A DNA stretch of 64,000 nt from Eledone cirrhosa (GCA_964016885.1 OZ024741.1:10974001-11038000), one strand, 5' to 3'. Numbered from the stretch's first letter, positions 48,901-63,008 are shown. Numbers and translations are program-made. Notes: generated by a model not told the origin, from the letters alone.

Positions 48901-51900
48901 CTTTGTACTGTTTACTGTAGAAATATTGTACTTTATACAGTTTACTGTATATATATTGTACTTTACACTGTTTACTGTAGATATATTGTACTTTATACAC
49001 TTTACTGTAGACATATTGTACTTTACACTGTTTACTGTAGATATATTGTAGTTTACACTGTTTACTGTAGATATATTGTACTTTACACTGTTTACTGTAG
49101 ATATATTGTACTTTATACTGCTTACTGTAGATATATTGTACTTTACACTGTTTTCTGTAGATATATTGTACTTTTTACTGTTTACTGTAGACATATTGTA
49201 CTTTATACTGTTTACTGTAGATATATTGTACTTTACACAGTAGATATATTGTACGTTACATTGTTCACTGTAGGTATATTGTACCTTACATTGTTCACTG
49301 TAGATGTATTGTACTTCATACTGTCACTGTAGGTATATTGTACTTTACACTGTTTACTGTAGATATATTGTACTTTACACTGTTTACTGTAGATATTTTG
49401 TACTTTACACTGTTTACTGTAGATATATTGTATGTTATACTGTTTACTGTAGACATATTGTACTTTACACTATTTACTGTAGATATATTGTACTTTATAC
49501 TGTTTACTGTAGACATATTGTACTTTATACACTTTACTGTAGATATATTGTACTTTACACTGTAGATATATTGTACGTTACATTGTTCACTGTAGGTATA
49601 TTGTACGTTACATTGTTCACTGTAGATGTATTGTACTTTAGACTGTTCACTGTAGGTATATTGTACTTTACACTGTTTACTGTAGATATATTGTACTTTA
49701 AACTGTTTACTGTAGATATTTTGTACTTTACACTGTTTACTGTAGACATATTGTACTTTACACTGTTTACTGTAGATATATTGTACTTTAGACTGTTTAC
49801 TGTAGATATATTGTACTTTACACTGTTTACTGTATATATATGGTACTTCACACTGTTTACAGTAGATATATTATACTTTACACTGTTTACTGTAGATATA
49901 TTGTACTTTACACTATTTAGTGTAGATATATTGTACTCTACACTGTTTACTGTAGATATATTGTACTTTACGCTGTTTACTGTAGATATATTGTACTTTA
50001 CACTGTTTACTGTAGATATATTGTACCTTACACTGTTTACTGTACATATATTGTACTTTACACTGTTTACAGTAGATATATTGTACTTTACACTGTTTAT
50101 TGTAGATATATTTTAATTTACATTGTTTACTGTAGATATATTGTACTTTACACTGTTTACAGTAGATATATTGTACTTTACACTGTTTACTGTAGATATA
50201 TTGTTCTTTACACTGTTTACTATAGATATATTGGACTTTACACTGTTTACTGTAGACATATTGTACTTTACACTGTTTACTGTAGATATATTGTACTTCA
50301 CACTGTTTACTGTAGATATATTTTACTTTACACTATTGACTGTAGATATATTGTAGTTTACACTGTTTACTGTAGATATATTGTAGTTTACACTGTTTAC
50401 TGTAGATATATTGTTCTTTACACTGTTTACTGTAGATATATTGTACTTTACACACTTCACTTTAGATATATTGTACTTTACACTGTTTACGGTAGATATA
50501 TTGTACTTTACACACTTCACTTTAGATATATTGTACTTTACACTGTTTACGGTAGATATATTGTACTTTACAATATTTACTGTAGATATATTGTACTTTA
50601 CACTGTTTACTGTAGATATATTGTACTTTACACTGTTTACTGTAGATATATTGTCCTTTACACTGTTTACAGTAGATATATTATACTTTACACTGTTTAC
50701 TGTAGATATATTGTACTTTACGCTGTTTACTGTAGATATATTGTACTTTACATGTTTACTGTAGATATATTGTGCTTTACACTGTATACTGTAGATATAT
50801 TGTACTTTACACTGTTTACTGTAGATATATTGTACTTTACACTGTTTACTGTAGATATATTGAACTTTATACTGTTCACCGTAGGTATGTTGTACTTTAC
50901 TCTGTTTACTGTAGATATATTCTACTTTACACTGTTCACTGTAGATATATTGTACTTTACACTGTTTATAGTAGATACATTGTACTTTACACTATTTACT
51001 GTAGATATATTCTACTTCATACTGTCCACTGTAGATATATTGTACTTTACACTGGTTACAGTAGATATATTGTACTTTACACTCTTTACTGTAGATATAT
51101 TTTACTTTACACTGTTTACAGTAGATATATTGTACTTTCCACTGTTTACTGTAGATATATTGTAGCTTACACTGTTTACTGTAGATATATTATACTTTAC
51201 ACTGTTTACTGTAGATATATTGTACTTTTCACTGTTTACTGTAGATATATTGTACTTTACACTGTTTGCAGTAGATATATTGTACTTTACACTGTTTACT
51301 GTAGATATATTGTAATTTACACTGTTTACTGTAGATATATTGTACTTTACACTGTTTACTGTATATATATTGTACTTTACACTGTTTACTGTAGCTATAT
51401 TGTACTTTACACTGTTTACTGTAGATATATTGTACATTACACTGTTTACTGTAGATATATTGTACTTTACACTGTTTACAGTAGATATATTATACTTTAC
51501 ACTGTTTACTGTAGATATATTGTACTTTACACTGTTTACTGTATATATATTGTACTTCACACTGTTTACAGTGGATATATTATACTTTACACTGTTTACT
51601 GTAGATATATTGTACTTTACACTATTTAGTGTAGATATATTGTACTTTACACTGTTTACTGTAGATACATTGTACTTTACGCTGTTTACTGTAGATATAT
51701 TGTACTTTACATGTTTACTGTAGATATATTGTGCTTTACACTGTATACTGTAGATATATTGTACTTTACACTGTTTACTGTAGATATATTGTACTTTGCA
51801 CTGTTTACTGTAGATATATTGTACTTTACACTGTTTATTGTAGATATATTTTAATTTACATTGTTTACTGTAGATATATTGTACTTTACACTGTTTACAG

Positions 51901-54900
51901 TAGATATATTGTACTTTACACTGTTTACTGTAGATATATTATACTTTACTCTGTTTACTGTAGATATATTGTACTTTACACTGTTTACTGTAGATATATT
52001 GTACTTTATACTCTTTACTGTAGACATATTGTACTTTACACTGTTTACTGTTGATATATTGTAGTTTACACTGTTTACTGTAGATATATTGTACTTTACA
52101 CTGTTTACTGTAGATATATTGTACTTTATACTGCTTACTGTAGATATATTGTACTTTACACTGTTTACAGTGGATATATTTTACTTTACACTGTTTACTG
52201 TAGATATATTGTACTTTACACTGTTTACTGTAGATATATTGTACTTTACACTGTTCACTTTAGATATATTATACTTTACACTGTTTACAGTAGATATATT
52301 GTACTTTACAATATTTACTGTAGATATATTGTACTTTACACTATTTACTGTAGATATATTGTACTTTACACTGTTTATTGTAGATATATTGTACTTTACA
52401 CTGTTTACAGTAGATATATTGTACTTTATACTGTTTACTGTACACATATTGTACTTTACACTGTTTACTGTAGATATATTGTAGTTTACACTGTTTAATG
52501 TAGATATATTGTACTTTGTACTGTTTACTGTAGAAATATTGTACTTTATACTGTTTACTGTATATATATTGTAGTTTACACTGTTTACTGTAGATATATT
52601 GTACTTTACACTGTTTACTGTAGATATATTGTACTTTATACTGCTTACTGTAGATATATTGTACTTTACACTGTTTTCTGTAGATATATTGTACTTTTTA
52701 CTGTTTACTGTAGACATATTGTACTTTATACTGTTTACTGTAGATATATTGTACTTTACACAGTAGATATATTGTACGTTACATTGTTCACTGTAGGTAT
52801 ATTGTACCTTACATTGTTCACTGTAGATGTATTGTACTTTATACTGTCACTGTAGGTATATTGTACTTTACACTGTTTACTGTAGATATATTGTACTTTA
52901 CACTGTTTACTGTAGATATTTTGTACTTTACACTGTTTACTGTAGATATATTGTATGTTATACTGTTTACTGTAGACATATTGTACTTTACACTATTTAC
53001 TGTAGATATATTGTACTTTATACTGTTTACTGTAGACATATTGTACTTTATACACTTTACTGTAGATATATTGTACTTTACACTGTAGATATATTGTACG
53101 TTACATTGTTCACTGTAGGTATATTGTACGTTACATTGTTCACTGTAGATGTATTGTACTTTAGACTGTTCACTGTAGGTATATTGTACTTTACACTGTT
53201 TACTGTAGATATATTGTACTTTAAACTGTTTACTGTAGATATGTTGTACTTTACACTGTTTACTGTAGACATATTGTACTTTACACTGTTTACTGTAGAT
53301 ATATTGTACTTTAGACTGTTTACTGTAGATATATTGTACTTTACACTGTTTACTGTATATATATGGTACTTCACACTGTTTACAGTAGATATATTATACT
53401 TTACACTGTTTACTGTAGATATATTGTACTTTACACTATTTAGTGTAGATATATTGTACTTTACACTGTTTACTGTAGATATATTGTACTTTACGCTGTT
53501 TACTGTAGATATATTGTACTTTACATGTTTACTGTAGATATATTGTGCTTTACACTGTATACTGTAGATATATTGTACCTTACACTGTTTACTGTACATA
53601 TATTGTACTTTACACTGTTTACAGTAGATATATTGTACTTTACACTGTTTATTGTAGATATATTTTAATTTACATTGTTTACTGTAGATATATTGTACTT
53701 TACACTGTTTACAGTAGATATATTGTACTTTACACTGTTTACTGTAGATATATTGTTCTTTACACTGTTTACTATAGATATATTGGACTTTACACTGTTT
53801 ACTGTAGACATATTGTACTTTACACTGTTTACTGTAGATATATTTTACTTCACACTGTTTACTGTAGATATATTTTACTTTACACTATTGACTGTAGATA
53901 TATTGTAGTTTACACTGTTTACTGTAGATATATTGTAGTTTACACTGTTTACTGTAGATATATTGTTCTTTACACTGTTTACTGTAGATATATTGTACTT
54001 TACACACTTCACTTTAGATATATTGTACTTTACACTGTTTACGGTAGATATATTGTACTTTACACACTTCACTTTAGATATATTGTACTTTACACTGTTT
54101 ACGGTAGATATATTGTACTTTACAATATTTACTGTAGATATATTGTACTTTACACTGTTTACTGTAGATATATTGTACTTTACACTGTTTACTGTAGATA
54201 TATTGTCCTTTACACTGTTTACAGTAAATATATTATACTTTACACTGTTTACTGTAGATATATTGTACTTTACGCTGTTTAATGTAGATATATTGTACTT
54301 TACATGTTTACTGTAGATATATTGTGCTTTACACTGTATACTGTAGATATATTGTACTTTACACTGTTTACTGTAGATATATTGTACTTTACACTGTTTA
54401 CTGTAGATATATTGTACTTTATACTGTTCACCGTAGGTATGTTGTACTTTACTCTGTTTACTGTAGATATATTCTACTTTACACTGTTCACTGTAGATAT
54501 ATTGTACTTTACACTGTTTATAGTAGATACATTGTACTTTACACTATTTACTGTAGATATATTCTACTTCATACTGTCCACTGTAGATATATTGTACTTT
54601 ACACTGGTTACAGTAGATATATTGTACTTTACACTCTTTACTGTAGATATATTTTACTTTACACTGTTTACAGTAGAAATATTGTACTTTCCACTGTTTA
54701 CTGTAGATATATTGTAGCTTACACTGTTTACTGTAGATATATGATACTTTACACTGTTTACTGTAGATATATTGTACTTTTCACTGTTTACTGTAGATAT
54801 ATTGTACTTTACACTGTTTACAGTAGATATATTGTACTTTACATTGTTTACTGTAGATATATTGTACTTTACACTGTTTACTGTAGATATATTGTACTTT

Positions 54901-57900
54901 ACACTGTTTACTGTATATATATTGTACTTTACACTGTTTACTGTAGATATATTGTACTTTACACTGTTCACTTTAGATATATTGTACTTTACACTGTTTA
55001 CAGTAGATATATTGTACTTTACACTGTTTACTGTAGATATATTGTACATTACACTGTTTACTGTATATATATTGTACTTCACACGGTTTACAGTAGATAT
55101 ATTATACTTTACACTGTTTACTGTAGATATATTTTACTTTACACTATTTAGTGTAGATATATTGTACTTTACACTGTTTACTGTAGATATATTGTACTTT
55201 ACACTGTTTACTGTAGATATATTGTACTTTACACTGTTTACAGTAGTTATATTATACTTTACACTTTTTACTGTAGATATATTGTTTTTTACACTGTTTA
55301 CTGTAGATATATTGTACTTTACGCTGTTTACTGTAGATATATTGTACTTTACACTGTTTACTGTAGATATATTGTACTTTACACTGTTAACCGTAGATAT
55401 ATTGTACTTTATACTGTTTACTGTAGTCATATTGTACTTTATACTGTTTACTGTAGATATATTGTACTTTACACTGTTTACTGTAGATATTTTGTACCTT
55501 ACACCGTTTACTGTAGATATATTGTACTTTATACTCTTTACTGTAGACATATTGTACTTTACACTGTTTACTGTTGATATATTGTAGTTTACACTGTTTA
55601 CTGTAGATATATTGTACTTTACACTGTTTATTGTAGATATATTGTACTTTATACTGCTTACTGTAGATATATTGTACTTTACACTGTTTACAGTGGATAT
55701 ATTTTACTTTACACTGTTTACTGTAGATATATTGTACTTTACACTGTTTACTGTAGATATATTGTACTTTACACTGTTCACTTTAGATATATTATACTTT
55801 ACACTGTTTACAGTAGATATATTGTACTTTACAATATTTACTGTAGATATATTGTACTTTACACTATTTACTGTAGATATATTGTACTTTACACTGTTTA
55901 CTGTAGATATATTGTACTTTACACTGTTTGCAGTAGATATATTGTACTTTATACTGTTTACTGTAGACATATTGTACTTTACACTGTTCACTGTAGATAT
56001 ATTGTAGTTTACACTGTTTACTGTAGATATATTGTATATTATACTGTTTACTGTACACATATTGTACTTTACACTGTTTACTGTAGATATATTGTAGTTT
56101 ACACTGTTTAATGTAGACATATTGTACTTTATACTGTTTACTGTAGATATATTGTACTTTACACAGTAGATATATTGTACGTTACATTGTTCACTGTAGG
56201 TATATTGTACCTTACATTGTTCACTGTAGATGTATTGTACTTTATACTGTCACTGTAGGTATATTGTACTTTACACTGTTTACTGTAGATATATTGTATT
56301 TTACACTGTTTACTGTAGATATTATGTACTTTACACTGTTTACTGTAGATATATTGTATGTTATACTGTTTACTGTAGATATATTGTACTTTACACTATT
56401 TACTGTAGATATATTGTACTTTATACTGTTTACTGTAGACATATTGTACTTTATACACTTTACTGTAGATATATTGTACTTTACACTGTAGATATATTGT
56501 ACGTTACATTGTTCACTGTAGGTATATTGTACGTTACATTGTTCACTGTAGATGTATTGTACTTTAGACTGTTCACTGTAGGTATATTGTACTTTACACT
56601 CTTTACTGTAGATATATTGTACTTTAAACTGTTTAATGTAGATATTTTGTACTTTACACTGTTTACTGTAGACATATTGTACTTTACACTGTTTACTGTA
56701 GATATATTGTACTTTACACTATTTAGTGTGGATATATTGTACTTTACACTGTTTACTGTAGATATATTGTACTTTACGCTGTTTACTGTAGATATATTGT
56801 ACTTTACATGTTTACTGTAGATATATTGTGCTTTACACTGTATACTGTAGATATATTGTACCTTACACTGTTTACTGTACATATATTGTACTTTACACTG
56901 TTTACAGTAGATATATTGTACTTTACACTGTTTATTGTAGATATATTTTAATTTACATTGTTTACTGTAGATATATTGTACTTTACACTGTTTACAGTAG
57001 ATATATTGTACTTTACACTGTTTACTGTAGATATATTGTTCTTTACACTGTTTACTATAGATATATTGGACTTTACACTGTTTACTGTAGACATATTGTA
57101 CTTTACACTGTTTACTGTAGATATATTGTACTTCACACTGTTTACTGTAGATATATTTTAATTTTACACTATTGACTGTAGATATATTGTAGTTTACACT
57201 GTTTACTGTAGATATATTGTAGTTTACACTGTTTACTGTAGATATATTGTTCTTTACACTGTTTACTGTAGATATATTGTACTTTACACACTTCACTTTA
57301 GATATATTGTACTTTACACTGTTTACGGTAGATATATTGTACTTTACAATATTTACTGTAGATATATTGTACTTTACACTGTTTACTGTAGATATATTGT
57401 ACTTTACACAGTTTACTGTAGATATATTGTCCTTTACACTGTTTACAGTAGATATATTATACTTTACACTGTTTACTGTAGATATATTGTACTTTACGCT
57501 GTTTACTGTAGATATATTGTACTTTACATGTTTACTGTAGATATATTGTGCTTTACACTGTATACTGTAGATATATTGTACTTTACACTGTTTACTGTAG
57601 ATATATTGTACTTTACACTGTTTACTGTAGATATATTGTACTTTATACTGTTCACCGTAGGTATGTTGTACTTTACTCTGTTTACTGTAGATATATTCTA
57701 CTTTACACTGTTCACTGTAGATATATTGTACTTTACACTGTTTATAGTAGATACATTGTACTTTACACTATTTACTGTAGATATATTCTACTTCATACTG
57801 TCCACTGTAGATATATTGTACTTTACACTGGTTACAGTAGATATATTGTACTTTACACTCTTTACTGTAGATATATTTTACTTTACACTGTTTACAGTAG
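31000..57900. repeat. Three to four copies of a ~6.8-7.5 kb higher-order unit made of two ~3.5 kb subunits; best pair ~39650-46510 vs ~46515-53420
   Basis: Offsets 6835 (40229/47064, 42469/49304, 43937/50772), 6865 (39928/46793), 6894 (45933/52827), 7462 (32173/39635, 35007/42469) and 7402 (31097/38499). Confidence 0.88.
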
Positions 57901-60900
57901 ATATATTGTACTTTCCACTGTTTACTGTAGATATATTGTAGCTTACACTGTTTACTGTAGATATATTATACTTTACACTGTTTACTGTAGATATATTGTA
58001 CTTTTCACTGTTTACTGTAGATATATTGTACTTTACACTGTTTACAGTAGATATATTGTACTTTACACTGTTTACTGTAGATATATTGTACTTTACACTG
58101 TTTACTGTAGATATATTGTACTTTACACTGTTTACTGTATATATATTGTACTTTACACTGTTTACTGTAGCTATATTGTGCTTTACACTGTTTACTGTAG
58201 ATATATTGTACATTACACTGTTTACTGTAGATATATTGTACTTTACACTGTTTACAGTAGATATATTATACTTTACACTGTTTACTGTAGATATATTGTA
58301 CTTTACACTGTTCACTTTAGATATATTGTACTTTACACTGTTTACAGTAGATATATTGTACTTTACAATATTTACTGTAGATATATTGTACTTTACACTG
58401 TTTACTGTAGATATATTGTACATTACACTGTTTACTGTATATATATTGTACTTCACACTGTTTACAGTAGATATATTATACTTTACACTGTTTACTGTAG
58501 ATATATTTTACTTTACACTATTTAGTGTAGATATATTGTACTTTACACTGTTTACTGTAGATATATTGTACTTTACACTGTTTACTGTAGATATATTGTA
58601 CTTTACACTGTTTACAGTAGTTATATTATACTTTACACTTTTTACTGTAGATATATTGTTTTTTACACTGTTTACTGTAGATATATTGTACTTTACGCTG
58701 TTTACTGTAGATATATTGTACTTTACACTGTTTACTGTAGATATATTGTACTTTACACTTTTAACCGTAGATATATTGTACTCTATACTGTTTACTGTAG
58801 TCATATTGTACTTTATACTGTTTACTGTAGATATATTGTACTTTACACTGTTTTCTGTAGATATTTTGTACCTTACACCGTTTACTGTAGATATATTGTA
58901 CTTTATACTGTTCACCGTAGGTATATTGTACTTTACACTGTTTACTGTAGATATATTGTTCTTTACACTGTTCACTGTAGATATATTGTACTTTACACTA
59001 TTTATAGTAGTTACATTGTACTTTACACTGTTTACTGTAGATATATTGTACTTTACACTATTTACTGTAGATATATTCTACGTTACACTGTCCACTGTAA
59101 ATATATTGTACTTTACCCTGTTTACAGTAGATATATTGTACTTTACACTGTTTACTGTAGATATATTTTACTTTACACTGTTTACAGTAGATATATTGTA
59201 GTTTACACTGTTTACTGTAGATATATTATACTTTACACTGTTTACTGTAGATATATTGTACTTTACACTGTTTACTGTAGATATATTGTACTTTACACTG
59301 TTTACAGTAGATATTGTACTTTACACTGTTTACTGTAGATATATTGTAATTTACACTGTTTACTGTAGATATATTTTACTTTACACTGTTTACTGTAGAT
59401 ATATTGTACTTTCCACTGTTCACTTTAGATATATTGTTCTTTGCACTGTTTACTGTAGATATATTGTACTTTACAATATTTACTGTAGATATATTGTACT
59501 TTACACTGTTTACTGTAGATATATTGTACTTTACACTGTTTACTGTATATATATTGTACTTCACACTGTTTACAGTAGATATATTATACTTTACACTGTT
59601 TACTGTAGATATATTGTACTTTACACTATTTAGTGTAGATATATTGTACTTTACACTGTTTACTGTAGATATATTGTACTTTACGCTGTTTACTGTAGAT
59701 ATATTGTACGTTACATGTTTACTGTAGATATATTGTGCTTTACACTGTATACTGTAGATATGTTGTACTTTACACTGTTTACTGTACATATATTGTACTT
59801 TACACTGTTTACAATTGATATATTGTACTTTACACTGTTTATTGTAGATATATTTTAATTAACATTGTTTACTGTAGATATATTGTACTTTACACTGTTT
59901 ACAGTAGATATATTGTACTTTACACTGTTTACTGTAGATATAGTGTTCTTTACACTGTTTACTATAGATATATTGGACTTTACACTGTTTACTGTAGACA
60001 TATTGTACTTCACACTGTTTACTGTAGATATATTGTACTTCACACTGTTTACTGTAGATATATTTTACTTTACACTATTGACTGTAGATATATTGTAGTT
60101 TACACTGTTTACTGTAGATATATTGTAGTTTACACTGTTTACTGTAGATATATTGTTCTTTACACTGTTTACTGTAGATATATTGTACTTTACACTCTTC
60201 ACTTTAGATATATTGTACTTTACACTGTTTACGGTAGATATATTGTACTTTACAATATTTGCTGTAGATATATTGTACTTTACACTGTTTACTGTAGATA
60301 TATTATACTTTACACTGTTTACTGTAGATATATTGTACTTTACACTGTTTACTGTATATAAATGGTTCTTTACACTGTTTACTGTAGATATATTGTACTT
60401 TACACTGTTCACTTTAGATATATTGTACTTTACACTGTTTACGGTAGATATATTGTACTTTACAATATTTACTGTATATATATTGTACTTTACACTGTTT
60501 ACTGTAGATATATTGTACTTTACACTGTTTACTGTATATATATTTTACTTCACACTGTTTACAGTAGATATATTATACTTTACACTGTTTACTGTAGATA
60601 TATTGTACTTTACACTATTTAGTGTAAATATATTGTACTTTACACTGTTTACTGTAGATATATTGTACTTTACACTGTTTACTGCAGATATATTTTACTT
60701 TACAATGTTTACTGTAGATCTATTGTACTTTACTTTACACTGTTTACTGTAGATATCTTGTACTTTACACTGTTTACTGTAAATATATTGTACTTTACAC
60801 TGTTTACAGTAGATATATTATACTTTACACTGTTTACTGTAGATGTATTGTTCTTTACACTGTTTACTGTAGATATATTGTACTTTACATGTTTACTGTA

Positions 60901-62590
60901 GATATATTGTGCTTTACACTGTATACTGTAGATATATTGTACTTTACACTGTTTACTGTAGATATATTGTACTTTACACTGTTTACTGTAGATATATTGT
61001 AATTTACATTGTTTACTGTAGATATATTGTACTTTACACTGTTTACAGTAGATATATTGCACTTTACACTGTTTACTGTAGATATATTGTACTTTACACT
61101 GTTTACTGTAGATATATTGTACTTTACACTGTTTACTGTAGACATATGGTACTTTACACTATTTACTGTAGATATATTGTACTTCACACTGTTTACTGTA
61201 GATATATTGTACTTTACACTGCTTACTGTAGATATATTGTACTTTACACTGTTTACTGTATATATATTGTACTTCACACTGTTTACTGTAGATATATTGT
61301 ACTTTACACTGTTTACTGTAGACATATTGTACTTTACTCTGTTTACTGTAGATATATTGTACTTCACACTGTTTACTGTAGATATATTGTACTTTACGCT
61401 GTTTACTGTAGATATATTTTACTTTACACTATTTACTGTAGATATATTGTAGTTTACACTGTTTACTGTAGATATATTGTAGTTTACACTGTTTACTGTA
61501 GATATATTGTTCTTTACATTGTTTACTGTAGATATATTGTACTTTACACTCTTTACAGTAGATATATTATACTTTACACTGTTTACTGTAGACATATTTT
61601 ACTTTACACTGTTTACTGTAGATATATTGTACTTTACACTGTTTACTGTAGATATATTGTACTTTACACTGTTTACTGTAGATATATTGTACTTTACCCT
61701 GTTTACTGTAGATATATTGTACTTTACACTGTTTACAGTAGATATATTATACTTTACACTGTTTACTGTAGATATATTGTTCTTTACACTGTTTACTGTA
61801 GATATATTTTACTTTACGCTGTTTACTGTAGATATATTGTACTTTACACTGTTTACTGTAGATATATTATACTTTACACTGTTTACTGTAGATATATTGT
61901 ACTTTACACTGTTTACAGTAGATATATTATACTTTACACTGTTTACTGTAGACATATTATACTTTACACTGTTTACTGTAGACATATTATACTTTACTCT
62001 GTTTACTGTAGATATATTGTACTTTACACTGTTTACTGTAGATATATTGTACTTTACACTGTTTACTGTAGATATATTGTACTTTACACTGTTTACTGTA
62101 GATATATTGTACTTTACACTGTTTACAGTAGATATATTATACTTCACACTGTTTACTGTAGATATATTTTTCTTTACACTGTTTACTGTAGATATATTGT
62201 ACTTCACACTGTTTACTATAGATATATCGTTCTTTACACTGTTTACTGTAGATATATTATACTTTACACTGTTTACTGTAGATATATTGTACTTTACACT
62301 GTTTACTGTAGATATATTGTACTTCACACTGTTTACTGTAGATATATTGTACTTTACACTGTTTACTGTAGATATATTTTACTTTACACTGTTTACTGTA
62401 GATATGTTATGTTTATATTTTATATTAAGTATATCTTGTTGTACATCTCCTTATCAACACTTCTTCCATGCTCACTGTTAGGTCCTATCATTATTATAAT
62501 AGTTAAATCATGTTGTGTTAATCTCAATTTGAAATGGTTATTCTCACTTTGAAGTAGGAAGATTTACCCTCCCTTCAATTCACTTCCACT

Positions 62591-62699
62591 CCACCACCAC
62601 CACCACCACCACCACCACCGACAACACCACCACCACTAACACCACCACCACCACCACCACAACCATCACCACTACCATCACCACCACCACCACCACCAC
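62591..62699. repeat. Imperfect (CCA)n trinucleotide microsatellite
   Basis: ccaccaccacc... with a few ACA/CTA/TCA/CGA interruptions. Confidence 0.97.
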
Positions 62700-62703
62700 G
62701 AAT

Positions 62704-62748
<45 letters not shown>
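62704..62748. repeat. (AAC)15 microsatellite, compound and in phase with the (CCA)n tract
   Basis: aat followed by 15 perfect AAC units. Confidence 0.97.
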
Positions 62749-62749
<1 letters not shown>

Positions 62750-62760
62750 GCATGCTAAGT

Positions 62761-62980
62761 TCCATTCCAGCTCATTCTACACTTACTCCCTTTTCACTCC
62801 ACCGTAACCCCACCTTAACCCCAACTCCACCACTATTACCACCAGACTCTACTCCAGTCCATTTCAATTCTACCTCAACTCTGCCTCCACTCTCCTACAT
62901 CACCCCTACTTCACCTCCACCCTATCACACACAGCTCAATATGACACTCTACCACTTATATATCTGTCTCCACCCTATAT
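62761..62980. repeat. C-rich, G-poor low-complexity tract; decayed ~5-bp (CTCCA-like) repeat
   Basis: tccat tccag ctcat tctac ... actcc agtcc ... tccac tctcc ...; very few G on the + strand. Confidence 0.65.
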
Positions 62981-62999
62981 AGTATGTAGCACTGGATGA

Positions 63000-63008
63000 G
63001 GGGGGGGG
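63000..63008. repeat. G9 homopolymer starting a short G-rich patch (to ~63040)
   Basis: ...gatgaGGGGGGGGGtgaaaggtgatggtatgg. Confidence 0.9.

Larger units (their letters stand above)
1..62405. repeat. 30-bp tandem satellite array (consensus ACACTGTTTACTGTAGATATATTGTACTTT), ~2,080 monomers, truncated by the left window edge
   Basis: Each 60-nt line holds two copies of the unit. Monomers usually differ from consensus by 0-3 substitutions, with occasional 23-, 28-, 29-, 31- and 35-bp variants. The last clear monomer ends ...GTTTACTGTAGATAT at ~62405. Confidence 0.99.

Noticed and set aside
1-62405. CRISPR array (repeat length ~30 bp)
   Set aside because: Repeats are contiguous with no unique spacers, leader or cas genes, and the flank is microsatellite-rich eukaryote-like DNA.
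1-62405. Variant pattern as an information-bearing code or diversity-generating cassette system
   Set aside because: The order of variants is explained by nested tandem duplication. No recombinase, RT, expression site or invertible segment is visible.
1-62405. Functional centromere assignment
   Set aside because: Higher-order structure alone does not show centromere function. No CENP-B box is seen, and CENP-A data would be needed.
22-62552. Hundreds of ORFs with FTLFTVDILY / VKYNISTVNS / YTVYCRYIVL repeats as membrane, beta-solenoid or Cys-rich proteins
   Set aside because: They overlap on both strands and in several frames, start mostly at TTG/GTG, and end at satellite indels or stop variants. 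They are a by-product of a 30-bp unit.
62580-62765. Minus-strand poly-Leu/poly-Val ORF resembling a signal or transmembrane peptide
   Set aside because: It is just the translation of the (GTT)n and (TGG)n microsatellites.
62805-62822. Telomere-like TAACCC motifs
   Set aside because: Only two non-tandem copies inside a C-rich tract, which is expected by chance.
62752-62982. Pro/Thr/Ser-rich 76-aa ORF
   Set aside because: It arises from the C-rich, G-poor low-complexity tract, where stops are rare; no other coding evidence.
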